Assembly (NCBI GenBank): GCA_040398845.1
Contig: JBBATH010000008.1
Location: 17,917-81,916 of the forward strand
Direction of reading: 5' to 3'
DNA: 64,000 nt
DNA from: Candidatus Nanopelagicales bacterium
Lineage (GTDB): Bacteria > Actinomycetota > Actinomycetes > S36-B12
Part shown: positions 27,007-36,941 of the stretch, piece by piece
Layout of the letters: every line of letters starts with the position of its first letter
How positions within the stretch are numbered: position 1 is the stretch's first letter
Notes under the pieces: model-generated
Told to the model about the DNA's origin: nothing
What the model saw: the letters and a program-made list of their open reading frames with translations, nothing else
Database searches by the model: none
Translations under genes and position numbers: made by a program

Positions 27007-28341
27007 ATGACTGTTCTTACGATTGGTCGGTCAACGCTGCATAGTCCGATTATTGCAACTGCTGTTGTGCTCGCCCTGCTGACCGGCTTCAGCCTCGGGT
27101 CGTCCGGCAACGCCGGCGCCGCAACGGCGAGTTACATCGTGACACCACACGGCATGGTGGGCGTACCGCAAACCATCACGATCGCCGCACCCATCGCAGC
27201 GGGCCGGACGGTAACCGTGGGCCTCCTCTCAGGACCCACCGCCTTCACCACCCAGACAACCCTTGGCGCCAGCGGTGACGGATCCATCGCCTGGACACCC
27301 ACGGCGGCCGGTACCTGGACCATCAGTGGGCTCGGATCGATCATGGCTGCCGGCTCGACCACCATCACCATCGCACCGATGCCCACCTATACCGTCCTGC
27401 TCGCCCAGAACCACCTTCAGCAGGGGGTCTCGAATAGCCTGCTCGGCGTCGTCGTTGCGCCCATCGGCGTCCTGCCTCCAATGGGCACCCTTGCTCTGTC
27501 GACAAGCACCGGCAATGCGATCTCCTCCGCAACACTTGCCAGCACGACCGGCACGACATCGACGTCAAGCCTCGTGGCAGGAGCGACGGCAACGTCAAGC
27601 GCCGTCCTACCGTGGGCACCGACCTTGAGCGGCGATCTCCCGATCAAGGCGACCTACGCTCCGACGTCCGGCGGCCAACTCGCCTCCGTGAGCCCCTCCT
27701 CAACCCCGAACACCACCACCGGTAACGCAACCGTCTCGGTCCGGTGGCCGGCTGCGCTCTATGCCGGGTCCCCCACGGTGCTTCAGGCAGTGCTCGGTCA
27801 GGGCATCCCCGACGGCAGCGTCGCCTTCCTTATCGATGGATCGACCCCGGTCGGCTCCTCGCCAACCTTCGATGGAGTTGGCTCGCAGCTTGTGTCAATG
27901 CCAGCGAGCGGGGTCCACACGATCTCGGTTGAATACACGGGCAAGAACCCGGGATTCAGCGGTACTGCCACTCAGCAGGTATTCGTGCTCGGAGCCCGCC
28001 CAAGCGACGCCCTCGTCGTGACGCCCAGCGGCCAGGGCCCTTGGTCGGTCGCGCTGCCAGTCGCGATGACGCCCGGGCAATCCTTGACCCTTTCGGGGAC
28101 CAGCGCCTCCGGCACGACAGTGCTCCTCAGGGCATCAGGTGCCTGCTTCGTCAACGGTGCAGTGCTCACCGCGCTCACCGCTGGGGGTTGCCTCGTCACC
28201 GCCTTCTCACCCGGTGACGATGCGAACTCGCCCGGATCGGCGACCTACACAGTGTCAGTGGTGGCCGCGACTCCTTCGCCAAAGCCGGCAAAACGGACGA
28301 TTTCGCTCGAGGGTCAGCTCAGGACGCTCCTCGTCCCTTGA
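27007..28341 (+). CDS. Secreted Ig-like repeat surface protein, paralogue of the preceding gene
   Basis: RBS GAGGAGG. Collinear similarity with the upstream gene (GMVGV, QTTLG, WTPT..G.WTI.GLG, PDGS.AF, GQ.PW.V). Confidence 0.75.
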   Translation: MTVLTIGRSTLHSPIIATAVVLALLTGFSLGSSGNAGAATASYIVTPHGMVGVPQTITIAAPIAAGRTVTVGLLSGPTAFTTQTTLGASGDGSIAWTPTAAGTWTISGLGSIMAAGSTTITIAPMPTYTVLLAQNHLQQGVSNSLLGVVVAPIGVLPPMGTLALSTSTGNAISSATLASTTGTTSTSSLVAGATATSSAVLPWAPTLSGDLPIKATYAPTSGGQLASVSPSSTPNTTTGNATVSVRWPAALYAGSPTVLQAVLGQGIPDGSVAFLIDGSTPVGSSPTFDGVGSQLVSMPASGVHTISVEYTGKNPGFSGTATQQVFVLGARPSDALVVTPSGQGPWSVALPVAMTPGQSLTLSGTSASGTTVLLRASGACFVNGAVLTALTAGGCLVTAFSPGDDANSPGSATYTVSVVAATPSPKPAKRTISLEGQLRTLLVP

Positions 28342-30160
28342 GCTTGCGCAGGGGCGCTGTTACCTTCCAAGATCGGGTGTTGAGGACGAAGTCGAGTTCC
28401 TGCCGCAAGGCGTCGGCGGTCGACTTGAGTGCCACGACTCGGCTCTGGAGGTCATCAGCACGCAACACCACGAACGATCGAATACCGAGGAAACCCTCAA
28501 CAGAATCCTGGGCATCGGTGACGGTGAGGCTGACCTGCGCCGGTTCGCCTTTGGCTCCTGCTCCGAGCGGCAGGGTGACGACCGAGCCGAGGTAGACCTC
28601 CTCGTGCACCGGTCCTCCGGGGCCGACAGCATCAATTCGCACGACCCCCGGCATCGATCGGGTCGCAACGAGAAGAACAAGCGAGCCGTCAACCGGTCGG
28701 TTGATCCTGAAATCCGCTCGGCTTCCCGGACGCAGCTCATTCCCCCACGCCTGCGGCGAGCCGAAGGTCCCGATCACCGCGGCATCGACCGTCTCGAAAT
28801 CGCGGACGCCCCGCGGCTGCCGAAGCATCGGAGTGAGCCCCTCCGACTGCAGGTGACGCATGTACTGGTCGGCGTAGCCGGAGTCGGGCGCTGCGCCTCC
28901 TGTCGCCAGGACGTATTCACGTCCAAGCTCGACCTCTGCGAACATCGGCTTCCTCGCTTCCTGCGCGTGAGCGCGTGCGATGTCGTGGGCAACGCAGTTG
29001 GCGACGTGCTGCCACGTCAGGTCCGTGAACTCCGCGGCGATGCGATCCTCGCGCTTCGCGCGCGCAGCATCGTCGAGACCGTCGCTCTCGACGACCCGGA
29101 CAAAATCGTCGACATCGTCGCTCGTGAAATATGACGCGAGGTCACCGCCCGCCTCCGGAAGCGACGAGTTGTTCGCCGTAATCGCGACCTTGCCGAAAGC
29201 TAGGCTCTCGCTTACCGGCAGGCCCCAGCCCTCGTACCTGCTCGGGTACACCGTGAACTGCGCATGGGTGTAAAAGCGGGCGAGATCAAGGTCGCTAACG
29301 CTGTTGCTTAGCAGCGACACCTTGCCTGACAGTCCTTGCGTTGCGACGTACTGCTCGAGGAATTCATCAGCGTGCCAGCCAAGTCGGCCGATGCAGACGA
29401 GATCAGGGATAGCCTCGGGGCCATGCCGCTCGATGAGCCGCCGCCAGCCCTCGAGAGCAAGCAGGTGATTCTTGCGAGCCTCGACGGTGCCGACGAGCAG
29501 CGCATAGGGCCTCGGCCAAGCCGGCGATGAGGTATCGAACTGGACGGGACCGATGCCGCACGGCAGACCGGTCACCTCGCCGGGAGGTGCGGCTCTGCCC
29601 GCCTGCTCGCAGTAGCGGACGAAGTCGCCTCGGCTCGCCTGTGAGATCGCCGGCACCGCAGAGGCTGTCTGCATGACGAGTTCGAGGTAGCGCTCGAAGA
29701 GACTGTTCACCGCCGCCGTATGACCCGTCTCGAGCACAGGGGTGAGGTCGTAGAGAAGGAAGACGAGACGAGCGCCGCGGGCGCCTGCATCACGCGCCGC
29801 GAGCATGAGGGCGTCGTTGATCCAGACGGCGCCGAGGAACACAAGCACGGTGTCGGGGGTGATGTCGATTGGCGCCGCCGAGCGGGCTCGCACCAGTGCT
29901 GCCGTGGCACTCGCGGCGGTCGTTTCGCGGTCCGGTGACCGACTGCTGGTCGTCCCGTCGAGCATCGCCCCAATCTCATCGACCGAAAGGGCGACGAATC
30001 TTCCGCGCGGCCGGTCGAGGATGACGGGAACGGCCGGGTGCTGTGCCCCGTTGATGAGCAGTGGTGCCGTCTGCGCGATGACGCGCTGCACACCTGAGAC
30101 GGATTCTCGGCGTTGGAGAAACTCGACGAGGTCGGTGACATCGAGCAACGTCGTGCTCAT
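28319..30160 (-). CDS. GT4 glycosyltransferase
   Basis: VGTVEARKNH, YPSRYEGWGLPVSES, NSSLPEAGG; C-terminal coiled-coil and TRSWKVTAPLR. Confidence 0.92.
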   Translation of the reverse strand: MSTTLLDVTDLVEFLQRRESVSGVQRVIAQTAPLLINGAQHPAVPVILDRPRGRFVALSVDEIGAMLDGTTSSRSPDRETTAASATAALVRARSAAPIDITPDTVLVFLGAVWINDALMLAARDAGARGARLVFLLYDLTPVLETGHTAAVNSLFERYLELVMQTASAVPAISQASRGDFVRYCEQAGRAAPPGEVTGLPCGIGPVQFDTSSPAWPRPYALLVGTVEARKNHLLALEGWRRLIERHGPEAIPDLVCIGRLGWHADEFLEQYVATQGLSGKVSLLSNSVSDLDLARFYTHAQFTVYPSRYEGWGLPVSESLAFGKVAITANNSSLPEAGGDLASYFTSDDVDDFVRVVESDGLDDAARAKREDRIAAEFTDLTWQHVANCVAHDIARAHAQEARKPMFAEVELGREYVLATGGAAPDSGYADQYMRHLQSEGLTPMLRQPRGVRDFETVDAAVIGTFGSPQAWGNELRPGSRADFRINRPVDGSLVLLVATRSMPGVVRIDAVGPGGPVHEEVYLGSVVTLPLGAGAKGEPAQVSLTVTDAQDSVEGFLGIRSFVVLRADDLQSRVVALKSTADALRQELDFVLNTRSWKVTAPLRKLKGRGAS

Positions 30161-30406
30161 GAGCCGGTACCTGACACGGAGAACAGCCTAGGCGACCTCG
30201 CATCGTGCCACCGGGGAGCATAGTGAACGGAGAGTGACCGGTTGGCGACCAAATACGACTCCACTGGGCGGTAGACGCCAAAAAAGATGAACATATGATG
30301 AATGAAAGATGTAGGACAGTAAATTATAGGAAAACCATCTATGTGGACTCCGCATCGATGCACAGTTTGTTCCATCTACGGGGATGCGTGCGTTGAACGT
30401 CGGTGA

Positions 30407-31297
30407 ATGCCTGGCTCAGGCAAAACTCCAGCGGTCAGTTCAGCAGACCTTGGAGGGAAGGCCACCGTGGCACTACCGGCAATTCGACGACGGTACTCCT
30501 ATTCGAGTGCCGACCTCGTCACGCTGAACCCGAGCATCGACCTGCTCCTCGACGGCGTCCTTGCATTCGCTCACCGCAGTCGTGTCGAGTTGAAGTGGCA
30601 AGTGGACAAGCGTCGCGCCAACATCATCATCCTTGGATTCCCTCGCTCCGGGAATACCTTTCTCACCGCCTGGCTCAAGGAGGTTGCAAGGTCGTCAGTG
30701 AACATCGTCGATGGGCGCTCGACCCACAGCGCCTTGGACGTGCACAGAACTGCCCGGGCCGGCGTAGCGGTAGTCATCCCCGCACGGCCCCCCATCGACA
30801 CGTGCGCATCTATGATGCTTCGCGGCGACAATTTCGATCAGATCGGATACGCCGAGGCCATGCTGCGTGCCTACCGCGCTTGGTACGTCACCGCCGAGCA
30901 GGCCCTTGTGCACGATTCGGTTGCCGTCATCACCTTCGAACGGATCATCGAGGAGCCGTGGGTGATTGCCGCTGCTGAGCCGGTTGCCCACCTCATCGAT
31001 CCAAAGATTGCCTCGTCGGTGAAGCTTGACCTGTTGGCGACCCAGTTGCGCACGTCACTCGCGGACGTTCCTGGTCAGGGAAGCGATCAGAATGGTGTCG
31101 AGTCTCGGCTCATGGTGTCGCTTCCCGAGGCAAGCCGTGCGCGGGAATCTGCCATCGCCCGCACACTCCTCGTCGATGACTCGCTTGCCGAGCATCTGGC
31201 GGACGCTGAACGCGCCTACGGGTCATTCATGGCCTCGGCGCTGGGGCAGGGCCGGCTTGCCATCTCAACCACACGTCAGGACATGCTGACGAAATGA
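30407..31297 (+). CDS. Sulfotransferase-like P-loop protein
   Basis: IILGFPRSGNTFL (5'-PSB-like) and ARPPIDTCAS (3'-PB-like). Start uncertain. Confidence 0.55.
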   Translation: MPGSGKTPAVSSADLGGKATVALPAIRRRYSYSSADLVTLNPSIDLLLDGVLAFAHRSRVELKWQVDKRRANIIILGFPRSGNTFLTAWLKEVARSSVNIVDGRSTHSALDVHRTARAGVAVVIPARPPIDTCASMMLRGDNFDQIGYAEAMLRAYRAWYVTAEQALVHDSVAVITFERIIEEPWVIAAAEPVAHLIDPKIASSVKLDLLATQLRTSLADVPGQGSDQNGVESRLMVSLPEASRARESAIARTLLVDDSLAEHLADAERAYGSFMASALGQGRLAISTTRQDMLTK

Positions 31298-31379
31298 CCA
31301 AAACCACCCACAAATGACCAATGAGTTGGTCAGCTCAGCCGGATGCTGGACGAAATGACGAACGTTGAGCGGGGGGGGG
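31283..31379. repeat. Short AAATGAC repeats followed by a G9 tract
   Basis: ATGCTGACGAAATGACCA, CAAATGACCAA and ATGCTGGACGAAATGACGAA, then nine G at 31371-31379. Confidence 0.45.
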
Positions 31380-31389
31380 TGCGGTTCGG

Positions 31390-33131
31390 TTATTTGGGCC
31401 ACTTTAGGTGGGTGACGCACACTGACGGCTCTGGTTCTCCTACGCCCAGATAGGTCACCGTCGTACATTCGGGCTGGGTTGGCAGCGCCCAGGCCGGCAG
31501 GCTGGCCCAGAAGGCATCGATCTGCTCCCGTTTTGGCGCATACATCGCGATGGCCGTGGGCTTGAGGAGTTCGAGAGCCTTCATCTCCTCTCTCGACAGC
31601 GCGGCGTTACTCGTGACCAGGTTGTATTTTCCCCAGAGCTGCATTGCGGCAACCGCCGACATCGCTCTGTCCGGGTCTGTCCAGATCGCGACGCGGTCAG
31701 TTGGCTCGGTGTGATCGAGTACCCATTGCTCCGCCTTCACCTTCGAGCGCATGAGCAATTCGCCGTTGAAGTCGACGTACGCCGCACGGAATGGGTACTG
31801 GCCGTAGATCCCAAGCTGGCCTCGACCGTTCTGAAGGACCTGAGCCCCTGTTGCGATGAGTACAACAGCACCCATGACCACGACCGCCGCGAGAGCATCC
31901 GATGGTCCTCTCGCGGCGATGGCCGCCAGCACGAACGCGAGCACAAATCCTCCGGCGAGGAGCAGCCCCTGAATGAGGGTGACCTGTGCCTCCCAACGAC
32001 CAGCCCACAAGACGAGCGGCACCCCCAAGGCGATTGGCAGATACGCGATCACGCCAGCCCTTCGTTCACCAACGATGGCGGCAAAGGCGAGCCCGATCGA
32101 CAACAGGGCGCCCGGCCAGAGTTTCGCCGTGTAGTGCGGGGCTTCAAGCCACGGCCCCGGAACGAGGAACAGATAGCCCCAGGTGAAGAGGATGTTCATG
32201 GCAGCGATCGCTGTGGCGATGAGAGACCAGCGATTTGCGCGCGTGACGGCGAGCGCGATGAGGCTGATGATGAGGGCTGAGGCTGGTACGAACAGCGTGA
32301 CGTCTCGAGTCCAGATGTTTGGGTCACTGATAAAGCTGGCGTAGTCCAGGCGGCCGTTCCAGTCAAGGTAGGTCCCAAACCACGACCGTCCAGGAAAGAT
32401 CACCACGCCTGCAGCCAGGAACCCCGCGAAACTCACGACGAATCCGACCGCGGCGGCGCCTGCATCGATGAGCAAGCACCGCCACCGCTGCTCCCGGTCG
32501 GTGAACAGCCCGACGGCGCGAACGGCGAGCCACATCGATAGGGCCAGGAACAGGGCGTAGGGGTTGAGCATGACCAGCCACCCGGCAACAAGCCCGGAAA
32601 GTGCCCCAGGCAGCCACCGCGCCCGTTCGCAACCGAGAGCGCACCAAACGGCCAGGGCGAGGAACAAGGTGGTGGCCGCCATGATTGCCCCCGTCAGGTA
32701 CGGGTTGCCCACGTAGCTGAGCACCATGGTGTTGAGGGATGCGAAGAGTGCAACGCCGACCGCGAGCGCCCGGTTACTCGCTCGTTTCACGAGCAGGTAC
32801 GTCGATGCCACGATGACGAGGATGAGGATGAAGCGCCAGATGGCGAACCCGACCCATGGATCACCGACCGTGACGAGAAGCCGCACGGGGGCGACATAGC
32901 CGAGGCGCGTCCAGGTGTAGGCGGGCTCGATAGCGCGGTCGGTCACGTCACTGCCGAAAAGGGCGAGGGAGGCGTAGAACTCAGAGTCCGGGGAGTTGAA
33001 GCCCGCCCACTGCCGGGATCCGGACAGAAAGGCACTGAATACTGACATGCCCAGAATGATCAGCGGGTCAGTCGCTGCACGCCACCATCGCGTACGTGCG
33101 CCACCGCCAACGGCTGCTCCATTCACCGTCA
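31390..33131 (-). CDS. Polytopic membrane protein, GT-C-like
   Basis: More than 10 TM segments, an acidic PDSEFY loop after TM1 and a soluble C-terminal domain. Start uncertain (up to 33243). Confidence 0.55.
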
Positions 33132-33188
33132 CAACGTACGCCGACGATGCAGCTTCCAGTAATCCGGCCACCACCCGACCTCGTCGAT

Positions 33189-35216
33189 TCAGGCTGACCG
33201 GCACCAGAATTCGTACGAATCCGCCTTCGGGACAATCGCCCATCCGCGATCAGGGGCATTCGAGCTCGCGCTCTGCCAAAGCACTGACCCGGTCACGACT
33301 CCGTTCGTTGAGACCAGGCCCGTCGTGATACTCGGGTCGCATCCCCGAGACTGACGTTGGACGACGACGAGTTGCTGCATCGACTCGCCCTTCATCGCTT
33401 CAACTGCGTCCATGTCCACCTGCTGCCACCCAGCGGGCACCGGGGCGCCGAGTAGCGCCTGATCGATACCAATCGCAAAGGGGTGACCCGGGCTGGGGGG
33501 TGTGAGGTCCCCGGGGAGCCACGGGTCGGGCTCTGCGACGCCCTCGTAGACCCAGGGCGTCATGACACCACCCCCGACAGTGGCGAACACCGGACCTGTC
33601 GGCAGGTCTTTCGAGAGGTCCGGTGACAGGGCGAACTCGGGCGGCGCCGTCGCGCCCACCGCATCCAAGGCAGTGCGGGCGATCTGCCCGGTAGAGCGAG
33701 GAGCCGCGACAGTTGCCGGCTCAACCTGATTCGGGTCCTTCACCATGAGGGGTACGTGGGCCACCTCAGCCCAGCGTTGCGCAAGACTGTCGCCGACCCG
33801 CCTGTCCACCCTCTCGCTGATGGTCGCCCCGTGATCCGCCGTCACGATAATGAGCGTGTTGTCGTAGCGTCCGGTTGCCTTGAATTCGGCGATCAGCAGG
33901 CCGAGTTGGCGATCAAAGTCGACGGCAGAGTTCGCGTAGAGGCGCCGCTCCAGCGATTGCAGCTCAGGTGTGGAGTAGGTGCCCTCCTTGTTGCTGCCCA
34001 CCATGTGAGCGTCGTCAACGATGGGCAGGCGCGCTGGGTAGATCTCCTTGCCTTCACGGTCAACATTCCACGGGGCATGGGTTCGGATCGTGTGCCAGAA
34101 GCCGAAGATCGGCGCGCCTGGGGCTGCCTGCTCGGCTTTCCTCAGCCCTTCGACAGCCTTGCCCACCGAATTGCCCTCGGCGTTGTCGCCGAACTCGTCG
34201 CCACCTGTCCAGAAATCGCGCCACTTTCCGTCGAAGGAAGGAAATACGGCCGAGAAGGGGTGGGCGAGCGCCGTGCGACCAGCGATCGCTGCTGCGTCGG
34301 CGGCGAAGCCCAGGTAACGGCTTACCACATTCGAATCCTTTGCCGCTCCGATGCTCGCGCATTCGGTTGAATCACATTCGAACCGGTAGATCGGCGACTC
34401 CATGACAACGGAGTACTCCGACGCAAGACTCGGGACAATGCCGATGTTTGCACGAACCTCCTGCATGCGCTCCGGCCCCTCGGCTGCTACGTCAGCGATC
34501 CCCGTGAGCATGGACGGGATTGCGTAGTCGGTGTAGTTCGCCGCCGAGTGGGCGTGGGTGTAGGTCGTCGAATTCGCCTGCAGCGCCTTGAGATTGGGGA
34601 ACTCGGGACGGATGTCTCCTGCCTTGTCGAAAACGAGGGGGTACTGAAGTTCATCAGATACGATCCACATGATTGACGGACGCTGCGGGTCGGGGGCGAA
34701 CGTCAGCGGGGGCGCCGCCGTGGCGGCGCTGCCAGCGAACGCGGAGAGCACAAGTGGCGCCACCGCCGCAATTGAGGCAAAGACGAACAGCGGCGAGCCC
34801 ATGGTGAAGCGGCGTGCAACCAGCATCACGCCGGCAGCGACCACCAGGCCGATGATCGGACCAAGTGCAGGGACGCCAGCGAAGACGGTCTGCGTGAGGC
34901 CGTTGCCTGCCAAGAACCAGGCAACGATGAACAAGATGGCTGACGCTGCGGCATCGTATGACGTGGGCTGCAGACGCTTCTTCAGCACGGTGAGCACCCC
35001 GGCCACGAGGAGCCACAGCGCCACAAGTGCGACAGCGAGCGTGACTACCCAGACGATTTGCGACACCCCGTGCGCGGAGAAGAACACCACGTTGGCCGCG
35101 ATCTTCTCATTGGCAGGGATAACGATCGCAAGCACGACGAGAGCCAGCAGCCATGAGGCACTGTCGGTCGCGCTCCTATTGCGTCGGTCACCCAAGCGCG
35201 CCATCCACCGACTCAT
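33189..35216 (-). CDS. Membrane-anchored alkaline-phosphatase/sulfatase-fold protein (LTA-synthase/NoeB-like)
   Basis: About 5 N-terminal TMs, WIVSDEL, ANYTDYAIPSMLTG (Thr at the nucleophile position), HAPW, VTADHG, HVPLMVK. ATGA overlap with the upstream gene. Confidence 0.8.
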   Translation of the reverse strand: MSRWMARLGDRRNRSATDSASWLLALVVLAIVIPANEKIAANVVFFSAHGVSQIVWVVTLAVALVALWLLVAGVLTVLKKRLQPTSYDAAASAILFIVAWFLAGNGLTQTVFAGVPALGPIIGLVVAAGVMLVARRFTMGSPLFVFASIAAVAPLVLSAFAGSAATAAPPLTFAPDPQRPSIMWIVSDELQYPLVFDKAGDIRPEFPNLKALQANSTTYTHAHSAANYTDYAIPSMLTGIADVAAEGPERMQEVRANIGIVPSLASEYSVVMESPIYRFECDSTECASIGAAKDSNVVSRYLGFAADAAAIAGRTALAHPFSAVFPSFDGKWRDFWTGGDEFGDNAEGNSVGKAVEGLRKAEQAAPGAPIFGFWHTIRTHAPWNVDREGKEIYPARLPIVDDAHMVGSNKEGTYSTPELQSLERRLYANSAVDFDRQLGLLIAEFKATGRYDNTLIIVTADHGATISERVDRRVGDSLAQRWAEVAHVPLMVKDPNQVEPATVAAPRSTGQIARTALDAVGATAPPEFALSPDLSKDLPTGPVFATVGGGVMTPWVYEGVAEPDPWLPGDLTPPSPGHPFAIGIDQALLGAPVPAGWQQVDMDAVEAMKGESMQQLVVVQRQSRGCDPSITTGLVSTNGVVTGSVLWQSASSNAPDRGWAIVPKADSYEFWCRSA

Positions 35217-36658
35217 CGCTGGTCCAACAGGTCCCATGCATTGACGACCACGCGCGTGGCCGAGGTCGTGCCCATGACCTCGACGTGCGTGAAACGAGTC
35301 CGCAGGGCGCCGAGAAGCGCCTCGGTCGAGTATTCGCCGGTCCAGTTGGGAATCTGTCCCAGCAGGATTCTTGACTTCTCGTCGTTCTCGTCAGCGAACT
35401 CGATCTGGAGGGGGGCGCCGAACGCGGCAAGGGCATCGACCGCGAACTGCATCGGGGTGCCCTGGGTGATGACCACATGGTGCAGAACGGCTTGACAGAT
35501 GACCGCTGACGGCTGGACCCGCTCAGTGAACGCCGCAAATTCGACGTTCAGTAACCCTGATGCTGGCGTGAGGTTTGTGATGTCGCCGAGGATCGGCGTG
35601 ACTCTTCCCGCGATATCGGCAGGTAATCCCTGGTGGAGCATGTCGAGCGCTCCGGCGTCGGCGTCCATGACGATCACGCGCGCATCGGCGTGTCGAGCGA
35701 GATGGGCGGCGGTGAATCCGTCGTTACCGCCCACATCGAGGACCAATCGGCCGCGTCCAGATTCGGCCGTAATGAAATCTGTGGCGAGCGCCGACTTTCG
35801 GGTGAGGTCGTCATTGTCGTAATGCGCCCGAGAACCGTAGTCGACCCAGGTAGTGGCGTGCTTCTTGCCGTGGCGTTTGCGGACCTGCTTCGCGAGACGC
35901 TTCGTCAGTGAGCGGGTGGCATTGCGTGCGAGATCCTGGTTCTTATTCGCGGTGTCAGCGAACGTCGACTCGCTGGGGGCGTTCTTTTCTACCGGCTTCG
36001 TCGAGGCTTGGAGCAGCAGAAGCGACAAACTGCGCCGAGCCTTCTTCGGGAGGAGCGCACGGGCCGCATCGGAGCGGAGGCCACGGTGATTGCCCACGTT
36101 CCAGGCGTCGGCGGCGGTGACTCGTTCACCCGAGCCGACCGCCAGTGGGTTGATGAAATGTTCGATGAATTGACGTGATGCGTTCCAGGAAGGATTCGGT
36201 CGCCACCGCTCGACCGATCCGAGGTCGATGAACACCGGTTGCATGCCTCGGAACTGCACATTGAATGCCGAGGCGTCCTTGAGATCTAGGCCAAGATCGA
36301 GCAGTTTCAGCCGAACATCAAGGGTGAGGAGAGCGGCCGCCTCGAGGAGCGAATTCGGCCACTCCCACGGGTAGGTGATGACGTCGACTGGTTCGACCGA
36401 AAAGGCGACTGAGCCTTCGGCTGCCCGCCGACCCGAGGTCGTGGAATATGCCTCGAGGACGGGTGCTGAGGCGTCCGAATTCAACTCTTCAAAGGCGACA
36501 AGGGAGCCACTTGCAACACCTGAATCGTAGAACTCAGACCCCCTCAACGTACGAAGTGCCGCAGCCGACGACAGGCCCGCGATTCGATACCAGACGCCCT
36601 CGTACTCGAAGGCGGCGTTTTCTGGGTCGCGAAAACTCGCCGACCGACGCGTTGTCAC
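35213..36658 (-). CDS. NoeA-like kinase-fold plus class I SAM methyltransferase
   Basis: SFRDP, TYPWEW, LKDASAFNVQF, FIDLGS; C-terminal VLDVGGNDG and AVLHH. Confidence 0.75.
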   Translation of the reverse strand: MTTRRSASFRDPENAAFEYEGVWYRIAGLSSAAALRTLRGSEFYDSGVASGSLVAFEELNSDASAPVLEAYSTTSGRRAAEGSVAFSVEPVDVITYPWEWPNSLLEAAALLTLDVRLKLLDLGLDLKDASAFNVQFRGMQPVFIDLGSVERWRPNPSWNASRQFIEHFINPLAVGSGERVTAADAWNVGNHRGLRSDAARALLPKKARRSLSLLLLQASTKPVEKNAPSESTFADTANKNQDLARNATRSLTKRLAKQVRKRHGKKHATTWVDYGSRAHYDNDDLTRKSALATDFITAESGRGRLVLDVGGNDGFTAAHLARHADARVIVMDADAGALDMLHQGLPADIAGRVTPILGDITNLTPASGLLNVEFAAFTERVQPSAVICQAVLHHVVITQGTPMQFAVDALAAFGAPLQIEFADENDEKSRILLGQIPNWTGEYSTEALLGALRTRFTHVEVMGTTSATRVVVNAWDLLDQR

Positions 36659-36669
36659 GTTGGTGTGGT

Positions 36670-36849
36670 CTAGGAGTCGATGGACGAGGGTGTCGCGACC
36701 TGATCTGACACCACTGATTTCTTGTTGCCACCACGGAACTTCGCCACCTGTGATCGAAGGAAGAACCATGATCCTGCGGCTCCGCTTGCAATTGCGGCGA
36801 GTAGGTACGAGCCGGTTCCGGCGTCAATGTACCCGACTGAATTCATCAT
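36670..36849 (-). CDS. Small single-TM membrane peptide with YIDAGTGS motif
   Basis: 59 aa, MMNSVGYIDAGTGSYLLAAIASGAAGSWFFLRSQVAKFRGGNKK...; preceded by AAGGTGA and ends 11 bp before the kinase-methyltransferase start. Confidence 0.75.
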   Translation of the reverse strand: MMNSVGYIDAGTGSYLLAAIASGAAGSWFFLRSQVAKFRGGNKKSVVSDQVATPSSIDS

Positions 36850-36941
36850 TTCGTCACCTTTTGTTGGCCTGTAGGACATCTGCAGGTTACATCAGGGCAT
36901 GGGCTGGTGTTGGCAAGCGCACTCCAGCCGCAGCTCGCCCA

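Noticed and set aside
31371-31379. G9 tract as a phase-variation switch
   Set aside because: It lies between convergent stop codons, outside any CDS or promoter.
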